Source: an uncultured Ruminococcus sp. (lineage in GTDB: Bacteria; Bacillota; Clostridia; Oscillospirales; Acutalibacteraceae). Taken from it: a stretch of DNA of 48,435 bases. Positions within the stretch are counted from its first letter, which is position 1. Each line of letters opens with the position of its first letter. Shown piece after piece: positions 9,248-17,559 of the stretch. A program made the translations under genes and the position numbers. Where the stretch lies: the NCBI GenBank assembly GCA_964433515.1, contig CAYSRL010000001.1, positions 1 to 48,435 of the forward strand, written 5' to 3'. The notes beneath the pieces are model-generated. The model did no database searches. It had not been told where the DNA came from and saw only the letters and a program-made list of their open reading frames with translations.

Positions 9248-10519
9248 TTAATCTGAAACTAAATCTTTCGCCAGTATCTTGCGGTCGCCCAACAGTATCA
9301 ACATATAATACAGCATACCAATGGTGGAATGTGTGTGAGCGCTAAAGATTGAGGTGATCAGAACCACCGCCGCAACCAGTTTATACGGTAATTCGCCTTT
9401 GAACAAACCAACTATATACAATTCTACCGACAAAAGCATACCAATAAGGCCGTGGCGAAGAAGAGCACCGATCAAGCCGGGAACGTTGTAGGAAATGTTG
9501 TGGGTGGTGTCCTGAACACCAAATATCCATTGCGTAACGGTCAAATCCTTAAGGCTCTCAAGCGCCTTGGAAATTCGACCGGTGATCGCTGTTGTGCCCG
9601 TCTTAGTAACAAAAATCCGTGTTACGGTACGATTCACAGAAGGAATAAACAAAAACGCCAACACTGCCGCAACCAGCATAATACCAATCAACAGGAGATT
9701 GCGCCGGCAGAATACATTTCGCAAAGCAAAGGTGCCGCTCTTCTCATCGTATAATGCAAAAAACAAAACCCAGGCACCCACCACAACGGCCATTCCCATT
9801 CCGGAGGTGCAAAGGATCATCCCGAGGCTGATCAGAATGGACACCGTTAACCGTTTCTTCGTGGCTTTACCGCCAAACAAGGATAAAAGCAAATGAGGAA
9901 AAGCATAAATATACAGGTGGGAGGGCTCCAAAAAGAAAGCTGAGGGACGATAAAAATCGCTCAATCGTCCGGTGATGCCCGCCAAACCGGTTTGCGCTCC
10001 TAAAATCCACTGGTCCGCCATCGGCAGCAAAAGCGACGTAGGAACCAGTTGGATGTGATGCTCAAAGAGATAGAAACTGATGTACTGCACTATCAGACAA
10101 AGGGAAGCCGCAATGCTAACCATCGTTGCGGCCTTACACATCTTATCGATCTTGATACACCCTAGCGCTGCGGTCAGCAGATACAATGCCAAAACCCCGC
10201 TTTGGCCAAACTCCTCTACAGAAGTTCCGTGATCAACGACCCGATAGACAAAATAGCCTACCATAATCAAGACCGGGCTGATTCTTTTCAATATTGTTTT
10301 AATGTCCGTTCCTTTTACAGAAAAGTAAGCCCGCACAAGCAAATACGGCACCAGTACCACCAACAAAGTCAAAGCAGCATTGTACAATACGCTTCTGTAG
10401 TGTTGCAGAATAGGCACCAGTGCCAAAATGATGGCGCAAACATAATCCAACATTTCAGTTGTATCCTGTCTTGACCAATCGCTTGTTGCGTTGATACATT
10501 TACTCCGTAATGTTCCCAT
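9248..10519 (-). CDS. Polytopic membrane protein, Wzy/O-antigen-polymerase-like
   Basis: 423 aa with more than 10 TM helices. Visibly AT-richer than its neighbours, as is typical of wzy genes. GAGGAG RBS lies 7 nt upstream of the ATG at 10519. No catalytic motif was recognised. Confidence 0.5.
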   Translation of the reverse strand: MGTLRSKCINATSDWSRQDTTEMLDYVCAIILALVPILQHYRSVLYNAALTLLVVLVPYLLVRAYFSVKGTDIKTILKRISPVLIMVGYFVYRVVDHGTSVEEFGQSGVLALYLLTAALGCIKIDKMCKAATMVSIAASLCLIVQYISFYLFEHHIQLVPTSLLLPMADQWILGAQTGLAGITGRLSDFYRPSAFFLEPSHLYIYAFPHLLLSLFGGKATKKRLTVSILISLGMILCTSGMGMAVVVGAWVLFFALYDEKSGTFALRNVFCRRNLLLIGIMLVAAVLAFLFIPSVNRTVTRIFVTKTGTTAITGRISKALESLKDLTVTQWIFGVQDTTHNISYNVPGLIGALLRHGLIGMLLSVELYIVGLFKGELPYKLVAAVVLITSIFSAHTHSTIGMLYYMLILLGDRKILAKDLVSD

Positions 10520-10580
10520 TTTATACTCCTCATCTCAGAACGCTGTCAGAATAGTATGCTTTCCGGCGGAAACAACTCAA

Positions 10581-11627
10581 TTATGCCCGATAACGAGGGA
10601 AAAAGCCGCCCTCAGGCAAAGACTCACGCATAGAAACCAGTTCGTCGTATTTTTCTTGGTTAAATACTTTTTTTCCTATGTAAAAGCGGTGCAAAGCCTC
10701 ACCACGGTAAAAGGCTCGTTTGAACTTAAAAAGGCTGTCCTCACCGCTACCAACACCGCCGCCGAGGTACAGACTCTTGCACCCATTGGCGCAACCCCAC
10801 AGGGCTGCCTCATACAACAGCAGATTGCTGGGCGCCAAATGAGCGTATTCCCGCAACGAGCCGGAAAGGTGATAGTTCATTTTGCCGTTGCAGGCCAGCA
10901 TAATGGAAGCGGCAATGATCTTATCCTCCCACACAGCATAAAACACCTGGGCATTCTGAGGCAAATCATTCAGCACGCTCTCGTAAAACTCCGGAGAGAA
11001 ATAGTAATAAGCAGAGGCGTTATCCTTATCCATCGTGCCGTTGTAGATCTCTCGGAAGATCTTGTAAATCTCAGGATATCGGCCATTGTAGATGACAATG
11101 CCATTTTTCTGGGCCTTGCGGATCATATTGCGGTTTTTGCTGATGATATTGGCCCAAATCGTCTCAGGAGAGGTCAGGTCCATAGTCACCGTTTCGCCCA
11201 GAGGAATCACCTCATAATGATCGGTAACTTGCCGATGATTCTCCAGAACCGGGTGAAAACGAACAAACTCGCTGACGATACCGTTTTTACGGCACCAAGA
11301 CTCGTAAGCGGCCATCAGGCCGGATACATCCTCTCCCTCGATCAGCCAACCGCCATAGCCGTAAGGGCAAGCCAGATCAAAGACCCGGTTCTCCTCCAGA
11401 CGGCCCTGAAACAGGGCGCTGTGAGCCACATCCCGCTTCATAGACACCGAAATGCCACGGGTCTCCCCTTTTTCATAATGAAAAAGAAGCGGCTCGCCAT
11501 CGCCGTGAAGTTGAAAAGCCTTCACATAACCGCTCAGGTAATAGGTGTCGTATTCTTGGAATGTACGAACCACAGCATCCCACTGTTCCGCTTGTTCTAA
11601 CGTATATACGGTCAACAATACACTCAA
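10581..11627 (-). CDS. FemAB-family (Acetyltransf_6, GNAT-fold) aminoacyl/peptidyl transferase-like protein
   Basis: 348 aa. The C-terminal segment HLSGS...LLLYEAALWGCANGCKSLYLGGGVG..DSLFKFKRAF resembles the FemX/FemAB signature (..FK.GFGG). Confidence 0.65.
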   Translation of the reverse strand: MSVLLTVYTLEQAEQWDAVVRTFQEYDTYYLSGYVKAFQLHGDGEPLLFHYEKGETRGISVSMKRDVAHSALFQGRLEENRVFDLACPYGYGGWLIEGEDVSGLMAAYESWCRKNGIVSEFVRFHPVLENHRQVTDHYEVIPLGETVTMDLTSPETIWANIISKNRNMIRKAQKNGIVIYNGRYPEIYKIFREIYNGTMDKDNASAYYYFSPEFYESVLNDLPQNAQVFYAVWEDKIIAASIMLACNGKMNYHLSGSLREYAHLAPSNLLLYEAALWGCANGCKSLYLGGGVGSGEDSLFKFKRAFYRGEALHRFYIGKKVFNQEKYDELVSMRESLPEGGFFPRYRA

Positions 11628-12652
11628 CCTCTCCAGAACATTTTTAGTATCTGCGCCAACCGCTCCATATCCTCGGGGGAATACCGCTGGTCGCAGACCA
11701 AACTCAATTCAGACTGATAAATACGCTTCGTCTTTTCGTCCGGGCGGTGATAGTCGGTCAGCGGCCAATGCACCGGACAGTATATCTCATTCTGTATCAA
11801 GTGACGACGCAGAGCATCCCGTCGGTCCGCCGGCACCATCACCGGCACAAACAAAGGGCAATCCGCCGCCTGCATTTCCGGGAACAACGCCACCTCTGAA
11901 AAATGACGAAGTAACACCGCCGCATTCTCACGACGGCGGCGGCGCATCTCAGTTACATCCAGCACGACCGCTCTCGCCACATCCTCCGATTCGGCAACGG
12001 CCATAGGATTGCTCTCCAGTATCTCCTCAGCCTCGCCAAACAGGGACAGATATTCTTTGCTGTCGGTTTTTCCGGCGATATACTCCGCCTTTTGCTCCAT
12101 TGCCGTGCGGCGCAAAGATACATACTCTTTATAGGTGTCCTCCGGCTGTCCGGAGAAGCCCCAACCATAACCGCCGGTGTAGAACCCGGCCCATTTCCGC
12201 AAACTGCCAAAAGAATAGGCGTCCTCCCCGCTATGGGGGGCAAACAGGCCATGTGTCAGGTCGTGAATACACACCCCGTCAAAGGATGCCGTATTGGCAC
12301 CCGCCTCATAGCCGAAATAGTCCATCCGAAACAATATATCGCAACTCTCTGTACCGGAAAGTTCCTGTTTGAAGCGGCCGTTTTCGGTATACACCGGATA
12401 AAAGCACACCTCAATACCCGCCTCGGCAAAGGGGGAAATCATACTGTCGCAACACCAGGCAGGCATCGCCACCCGGCGCACCGGACGCTGTGCCTGTATC
12501 TCGGCGATAATGTGGGTCAGGGCGCTACGCCCAGAAAGAAACCAACGGGTTTCTGCCGGGAACACGCCGTTTTCGGCAGAGGCGATGGGAACATTCCAGA
12601 ACTCACTGCCGATTTCTAAGCGGTGACGCACAACCGCATTATCTTGCATCAT
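11624..12652 (-). CDS. PLP-dependent-transferase-fold protein (DegT/DnrJ/EryC1-like), function unclear
   Basis: About 342 aa. SGRSALTHIIAEI...MPAWCCDSMISPFAEAGIEVCFYPV resembles the DegT N-terminal region. A possible Schiff-base Lys is in SLRKWAG. The track ORF starts at a TTG at 12676. I prefer the ATG at 12652, preceded by GGGGAG. The ATGA overlaps the next gene. Confidence 0.45.
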   Translation of the reverse strand: MMQDNAVVRHRLEIGSEFWNVPIASAENGVFPAETRWFLSGRSALTHIIAEIQAQRPVRRVAMPAWCCDSMISPFAEAGIEVCFYPVYTENGRFKQELSGTESCDILFRMDYFGYEAGANTASFDGVCIHDLTHGLFAPHSGEDAYSFGSLRKWAGFYTGGYGWGFSGQPEDTYKEYVSLRRTAMEQKAEYIAGKTDSKEYLSLFGEAEEILESNPMAVAESEDVARAVVLDVTEMRRRRRENAAVLLRHFSEVALFPEMQAADCPLFVPVMVPADRRDALRRHLIQNEIYCPVHWPLTDYHRPDEKTKRIYQSELSLVCDQRYSPEDMERLAQILKMFWRG

Positions 12653-12685
12653 ATTCTCCCCTGCCTTGTCTGGCAAATACCGTCC

Positions 12686-13984
12686 TTACGAGTTGTGGAT
12701 CATCTCCAGGGCACGATCGTAGGTCAACTGCTCCACCTGCATATCCTGGCCGTTCTCGTCCAGGATCCGCAGAGTGCGGCTGATCTTCTCCAGGGTGGTG
12801 GCCAACGCCTCCGGGGTGTCGTCCATCACGTGCAGACGATAAATCACACGATCCAGAGAGTTGGTGGTGCTGATAACATCCCCCACCTTTTTAAAGGTGG
12901 CATTCTGCAACACTTGAGGCATCGCCTCCACCTCTTCGATGCCGGAGATGGCGGTGATGGTGCCACCCTTAAGCGTGATATAGTAATTGCAGCAGGTCTT
13001 GGTGAAATGAGGGTCGTCCTGCTCCTTAGCATTGCCGCAGGTCATCTTTCCGGTGACCGAGAACTCGATCATCATATCCAGGGCGTTGATGCCGTTGATG
13101 GGATCGGCAAATACATAAAACTGCTCGCCGCCCATACGCAGACCAGACTCGTAGAAATAGAACTGATCCTCGTGAATGAAGCCCTGCATCATCACGATGC
13201 CGTTCTTCAGACCCAAACTCTCAAACATACGAACCACAGCCGGTTCGGCAGTAGCCTTGTAAAGGTCGATGTAAGAGGAGGGGAATACGTGCAAAATGGC
13301 GGAAGAAGCCACCTTGTTCTCGCCGATGGCCTTCTGTTTCATAAAGGTGGAGGACAGGCTGCAATAGCCATCCTGCACCGTGTAATGGATGTAGATCTCG
13401 TTGGGACAGTCAATGTACTTCTCCACCAAAATCTTCTTGCTCTTGGAATGCTCGTACAGCTCGGCATAATAGGAGACCAACTCCTCCTCGCTGTCGCACC
13501 GGCGGATTCCACGGCTGCCACTCTCGTCAGCCGGCTTCACCAACACGGGGTAGGTGATCTTATCCAGATCTTCCCGCTTGAAATCCGTATCCAACTTATA
13601 CTCAGGGATGGTGGGAACACCATACTGCACACAGGCCTGCTTAAAGCGGCGCTTATCGTTGGAGAGGATGTCAAACTGCTCCATCGTGCCGCAAGAAGGC
13701 AGACCGGCCTTTTCGCAAATCTCAGCATAGTAAGGCAAGTGAGAATCGGTCCAGCCCACAAAAATACCGTCAATCTGGTGCTCCTTGATCAGGGCTACCA
13801 TATTGTCCACATCGGAAAAGTCCACCTTCCACTGTTGGTCGGCAATCCGCTTGGCCGGAGCCTTATCCTCTTCGTAGAAGTTGGCGACAATGGTGGTGAC
13901 GCCCAACTCTTTGGCTCGCTTTACCGCACTGGCCGCCAAAGAAGAGCCATCAAAAAACAGCAATTTTTTCCCTTGAATGTTCAT
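12686..13984 (-). CDS. ATP-grasp ligase
   Basis: 432 aa. A pre-ATP-grasp Rossmann-like N-terminus (KKLLFFDGSSLAASAVKRAKELGV) is followed by a central ATP-grasp segment (YPVLVKPADESGSRGI..., LVEKYI). Confidence 0.8.
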   Translation of the reverse strand: MNIQGKKLLFFDGSSLAASAVKRAKELGVTTIVANFYEEDKAPAKRIADQQWKVDFSDVDNMVALIKEHQIDGIFVGWTDSHLPYYAEICEKAGLPSCGTMEQFDILSNDKRRFKQACVQYGVPTIPEYKLDTDFKREDLDKITYPVLVKPADESGSRGIRRCDSEEELVSYYAELYEHSKSKKILVEKYIDCPNEIYIHYTVQDGYCSLSSTFMKQKAIGENKVASSAILHVFPSSYIDLYKATAEPAVVRMFESLGLKNGIVMMQGFIHEDQFYFYESGLRMGGEQFYVFADPINGINALDMMIEFSVTGKMTCGNAKEQDDPHFTKTCCNYYITLKGGTITAISGIEEVEAMPQVLQNATFKKVGDVISTTNSLDRVIYRLHVMDDTPEALATTLEKISRTLRILDENGQDMQVEQLTYDRALEMIHNS

Positions 13985-14011
13985 AGTTTTTTCCTCTCTT
14001 ATCGTTTTTCT

Positions 14012-14734
14012 TTACTTTGCCGAAAAAGGGGAGGATAGCGACTTGGTGTCGTCCCCCTCAGTCTTAGGAAGGCGATCTGCCCGCTCAATATGCAGGCTAA
14101 CCGGGCGTTGCTCACCTTGGCCGATGCCGTCCCGCTTGACCACCTTGATAACGGTTTCAAACAGGATGCGGATATCCAGCCAAAAGGACATATTGTTGAC
14201 GTACTCTACGTCATAGGCAAACTTCTGCTCCCAACTCAGGTTGTTCCGTCCACGAGCCTGAGCCAAACCAGTCAGACCCGGCAACACATCGTGACGGTGC
14301 CGTTCCTCCTCGGTGTAATAAGGGATGTACTTCATACCCAGAGGTCGGGGACCCACCAGACTCATATCTCCCTTGAGAATGTTAAACAACTCCGGCAACT
14401 CATCCAGCGAAGAGGCTCGCAACAACTTGCCAAACTTGGTCAAGCGGCGGCTGTCCGGCAACAGATTGCCGTTTTCGTCCTTTTCGTTGGTCATAGAACG
14501 GAATTTGTACAATTTGAAGATTCTTTCCTTTCCGGTCTTGGGATCGATCTTGCCAGGCCGGGTGGCAGTATAGATCACCGGGCTTCCCAGTTTGAGGCGT
14601 ACCAACAATGCCACAACGGCAAACACTATCGCCAAAACGATCAAACCGGACAAAGAACAGACAATATCCAACAGCCGCTTAACATAGCGGGCATACAAAC
14701 CATTCTTACCCTTTTTCATACGCAACTTCCTCAC
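14012..14734 (-). CDS. Monotopic initiating phosphoglycosyltransferase (bacterial sugar transferase, PglC/EpsL/WbaP-C type)
   Basis: 240 aa. Re-entrant helix, then KFRSM...DELPQL-like motif (SSLDELPELFNILKGDMSLVGPRP) diagnostic of the Bac_transf family. Confidence 0.9.
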   Translation of the reverse strand: MRKLRMKKGKNGLYARYVKRLLDIVCSLSGLIVLAIVFAVVALLVRLKLGSPVIYTATRPGKIDPKTGKERIFKLYKFRSMTNEKDENGNLLPDSRRLTKFGKLLRASSLDELPELFNILKGDMSLVGPRPLGMKYIPYYTEEERHRHDVLPGLTGLAQARGRNNLSWEQKFAYDVEYVNNMSFWLDIRILFETVIKVVKRDGIGQGEQRPVSLHIERADRLPKTEGDDTKSLSSPFSAK

Positions 14735-15945
14735 TCAAAACACGCCCGGATGGCGGCGATCACCACGTCCTGATCCTCGGGGGACATCTTAATGTCGCTG
14801 GGCAGGCACAAGCCACGATGGAAAATGTCGGCGCTCACATTGTCGATGGCGTCCTTTTTTTGGCTCTTATACAGTCCCTCTGCGGTGACGAACGCATTGC
14901 CCTTGTAAATGGGCTGCATATGCATCGGCTTCCAGATGGGACGGCCCTCGGCGTTGATGGCCGCCAGTTTCTCCAGGATCTCGGTGGGACAACTCTTGCC
15001 CGGTTCATCGGAATAAGCCGCCACACACGCCTTTCGTCTTTGGAAGCACATCGCCTCTTGGTCAATCAGCATACAGGTCAGCCAGAAGTTGGGCTCCATC
15101 TCCCCCTCCACGTAGGGGTTGAGGGTGATGGGCAGACCCTTCAGGCCCTCTTTGTACCGTTCGTAGATGGCCTTTTTCCGGGCCACGTGATCCTCCAGAT
15201 AAGGCAACTGACCCCGAACCACGCCGGCGATCACATTGCTCATACGGTAGTTATATCCCCGCTCCTCATGCTGATACCAAGGAGCATCCTCACGGCTCTG
15301 GGTGGACCACTTGCGCACCTTGGCGGCCGCCTCGGCGCTGTCGGTCAGCAACATACCGCCGGAGGAACCGGTGATGATCTTGTTGCCGTTAAAAGAGATC
15401 ACGTTATAGTCACCCACCGAGCCGGTCTGGCGCCCCTTATAGGTGGCGCCCAAACTCTCGGCGGCGTCCTCGATCAGCACCGCACCGTGAGCATCGCAGA
15501 TGGCACGGATCTCGTCCAGTTTGGCAGGGGTGCCGTACAGATGCACCGCCACCACCGTCTTGACCTCCGGGTACAGTTCAAAGGCCTTTTCCAGCGCCGC
15601 CGGGTCCATATTCCAGGTCTCCCGCTCGCAGTCGATGAACACCGGCTCGCCGCCCTCGTAGGCCACCGGGTTGACGGTGGCGGCAAAGGTCATATCGGTG
15701 CAGAACACCTTATCGCCGGGGCGGACACCCGCCAACTTGACCGCCATATGGAGAGCCGCCGTGCCGGCAGACAGCCCCACGGCATAGCGACAGCCCACCT
15801 TTTCGCAGACCAGGCGCTCTGACTCGTTGATGTTCTCGCCGATGGTGGACATCCAGTTGGAGTCATACGCCTCTTGGATATACTTCATCTCATCCCCGTG
15901 CATCGTGGGGGTGGATAACCATACTCTGCTCTTAAATGCTTCCAT
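14731..15945 (-). CDS. DegT/DnrJ/EryC1/StrS-family sugar aminotransferase (PglE/EpsN-like)
   Basis: 404 aa. Contains HGDEMKYIQEAYDSNW, SAGTAALHMA, and the active-site lysine context SFNGNKIIT. The ATGA overlaps the sugar transferase gene. Confidence 0.9.
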   Translation of the reverse strand: MEAFKSRVWLSTPTMHGDEMKYIQEAYDSNWMSTIGENINESERLVCEKVGCRYAVGLSAGTAALHMAVKLAGVRPGDKVFCTDMTFAATVNPVAYEGGEPVFIDCERETWNMDPAALEKAFELYPEVKTVVAVHLYGTPAKLDEIRAICDAHGAVLIEDAAESLGATYKGRQTGSVGDYNVISFNGNKIITGSSGGMLLTDSAEAAAKVRKWSTQSREDAPWYQHEERGYNYRMSNVIAGVVRGQLPYLEDHVARKKAIYERYKEGLKGLPITLNPYVEGEMEPNFWLTCMLIDQEAMCFQRRKACVAAYSDEPGKSCPTEILEKLAAINAEGRPIWKPMHMQPIYKGNAFVTAEGLYKSQKKDAIDNVSADIFHRGLCLPSDIKMSPEDQDVVIAAIRACFE

Positions 15946-16144
15946 AGAATCATCTTCTTTCCGGATAGACTGTCTTTGAAATATGCCGATTCAGCATATA
16001 ATTACATATATACACAGACTAATGTTACCACATTACCGCATAATTTGCAAGTATAATTTCTTATTATAGTATATAGTTGATGCAGTTGCCTATTTTTTAT
16101 GCATCGAGCCCCGAAGTTTTAGGCAAAAGCAACGGAGAAACAGC

Positions 16145-16184
16145 AAAAAAACACCCGACATTTCCAAAATGTGTCGGGTGTTTT
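16145..16184. terminator. Bidirectional rho-independent terminator ending the PrpD-like operon
   Basis: AAAAAA-ACACCCGACAtttccaaaatgTGTCGGGTGT-TTTT. The A and T runs on either side serve both strands. Confidence 0.75.
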
Positions 16185-16187
16185 CTC

Positions 16188-17543
16188 TTATTCTAAGATA
16201 GCCGAAAAGGGCTGCTGTACATCCAGGTCACGGATGCGGCCGATAAGCGCCGCCACCCGCCGGTCGTCCGCCATACCGGCGGCACACTGACGGAGTTTGA
16301 TCTCCATATCCCTCCAGGAAAGGCGCTGTTCCCCCTCGCCCTTGGGGGTGAGCACCGTCTCGGTATAGGTTCTGCCGCCGGCGGTGATGGTCACCACCGC
16401 ACCACGGATCCCCTTTGCCCGGTTTTCCAGTTCCGGGTCGGGGATCACCCGAATCTTCGGCACCAGAAACGCCGTCTTTTCACAGGTGCTCACATCCAGC
16501 TGGGACAGCCCGAATTCTCCCTTTTCCAGCGCCGCCGCCAGGCAATAATGCAACGAAAACTTCGCCTCGTCCACCGTGGTGGGATACGGGGTGTGACCGG
16601 TGGATCTGATGGCGCTGGGATACACGGTGACCGCAATATCCTCTACCCCATCCAGATCCACGCCATCCGCCTCCATCCGGTGACGGATGGCGATGGCCGC
16701 ATCGATGCCGCAATGGGTGTGACGGCAAGAAGGATACAGTTTTAAATAACTCTCGTTGATGGTGAAGGTCTCCCCCAGCCCATCAAACAACACCGCCTCG
16801 TCCACCTCGTCAGAAAAGGCGTTAAACCAGCCTTTTTTGCTCTCTAAGGGGTTGCGGGAACTCTCCACGCCCATCGCCGCCAACTGGGCGGATTCCAGGC
16901 CGATGCGGGCACCGTTGGCGGGGTTTATGGGCTTACAACCCTGGCCGCTCTCGTCAATAATGATCAAGCCGGAGGCCTGTATGGCCGCCAGGGAAATGGC
17001 GTTGTAAATGCCATCGGCATCCAGACCCAACAGTTTGGCGCAGGCCGCCGCACAGGCGATCCCGCCGCCCACGCCGGTGGAGTGAAACCCCTTGTTGTAC
17101 AAACTGGGTTGGGCGGCGCCCGCCACCCGGTTAAACACGTCGTAGCCCACCACGATGGCGGTAAACACCTCACGCCAGGTCACCGGCAACGTTTCTGCCA
17201 AAGCGAACACCGCCGGCATCACGTGGGTGCCGATGTGCCCGGCGGATCTGCGGTTGCCGTCGTCCATATCCGCACCGTGGGCATAAAGGGCGTTGAGAAA
17301 CGCCGCATTGGTCTCGGGGAATTTTTGGCCGGAGAACAGCACCGTTGCCCGGGGGGTGCCCCCCATATCCGCCATTCTGGCAAACACCTTTTCATTCAGC
17401 GCCGTATTGATGCGGTAGCCGGCAAAACAAGCGGCGTAATAATCCGCCATAAACAATTTGATCTGTTCCACCGTAGCCGGGTCCAGATCCTCAAACCGCA
17501 ACCCGGCCGCAAACCGGCTGAGGCGGGTGGTTATATCCTGCAT
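16188..17543 (-). CDS. MmgE/PrpD-family protein, paralog 2
   Basis: 451 aa from MQDITTRLSRFAAGLRFEDL, the typical PrpD-family N-terminus. AAGGAG lies 7 nt upstream. The 45 extra codons in the track ORF overlap the upstream gene and are Arg/Cys-rich. Confidence 0.85.
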   Translation of the reverse strand: MQDITTRLSRFAAGLRFEDLDPATVEQIKLFMADYYAACFAGYRINTALNEKVFARMADMGGTPRATVLFSGQKFPETNAAFLNALYAHGADMDDGNRRSAGHIGTHVMPAVFALAETLPVTWREVFTAIVVGYDVFNRVAGAAQPSLYNKGFHSTGVGGGIACAAACAKLLGLDADGIYNAISLAAIQASGLIIIDESGQGCKPINPANGARIGLESAQLAAMGVESSRNPLESKKGWFNAFSDEVDEAVLFDGLGETFTINESYLKLYPSCRHTHCGIDAAIAIRHRMEADGVDLDGVEDIAVTVYPSAIRSTGHTPYPTTVDEAKFSLHYCLAAALEKGEFGLSQLDVSTCEKTAFLVPKIRVIPDPELENRAKGIRGAVVTITAGGRTYTETVLTPKGEGEQRLSWRDMEIKLRQCAAGMADDRRVAALIGRIRDLDVQQPFSAILE

Positions 17544-17559
17544 AGCGATCTCCTTGTTG

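Noticed and set aside
12686-13984. ATP-grasp ligase as part of a RiPP (graspetide/microviridin-type) cluster.
   Set aside because: No small precursor-peptide ORF, protease or exporter lies nearby. The gene is translationally packed between sugar-modifying genes, so a glycan-modification role is more parsimonious.
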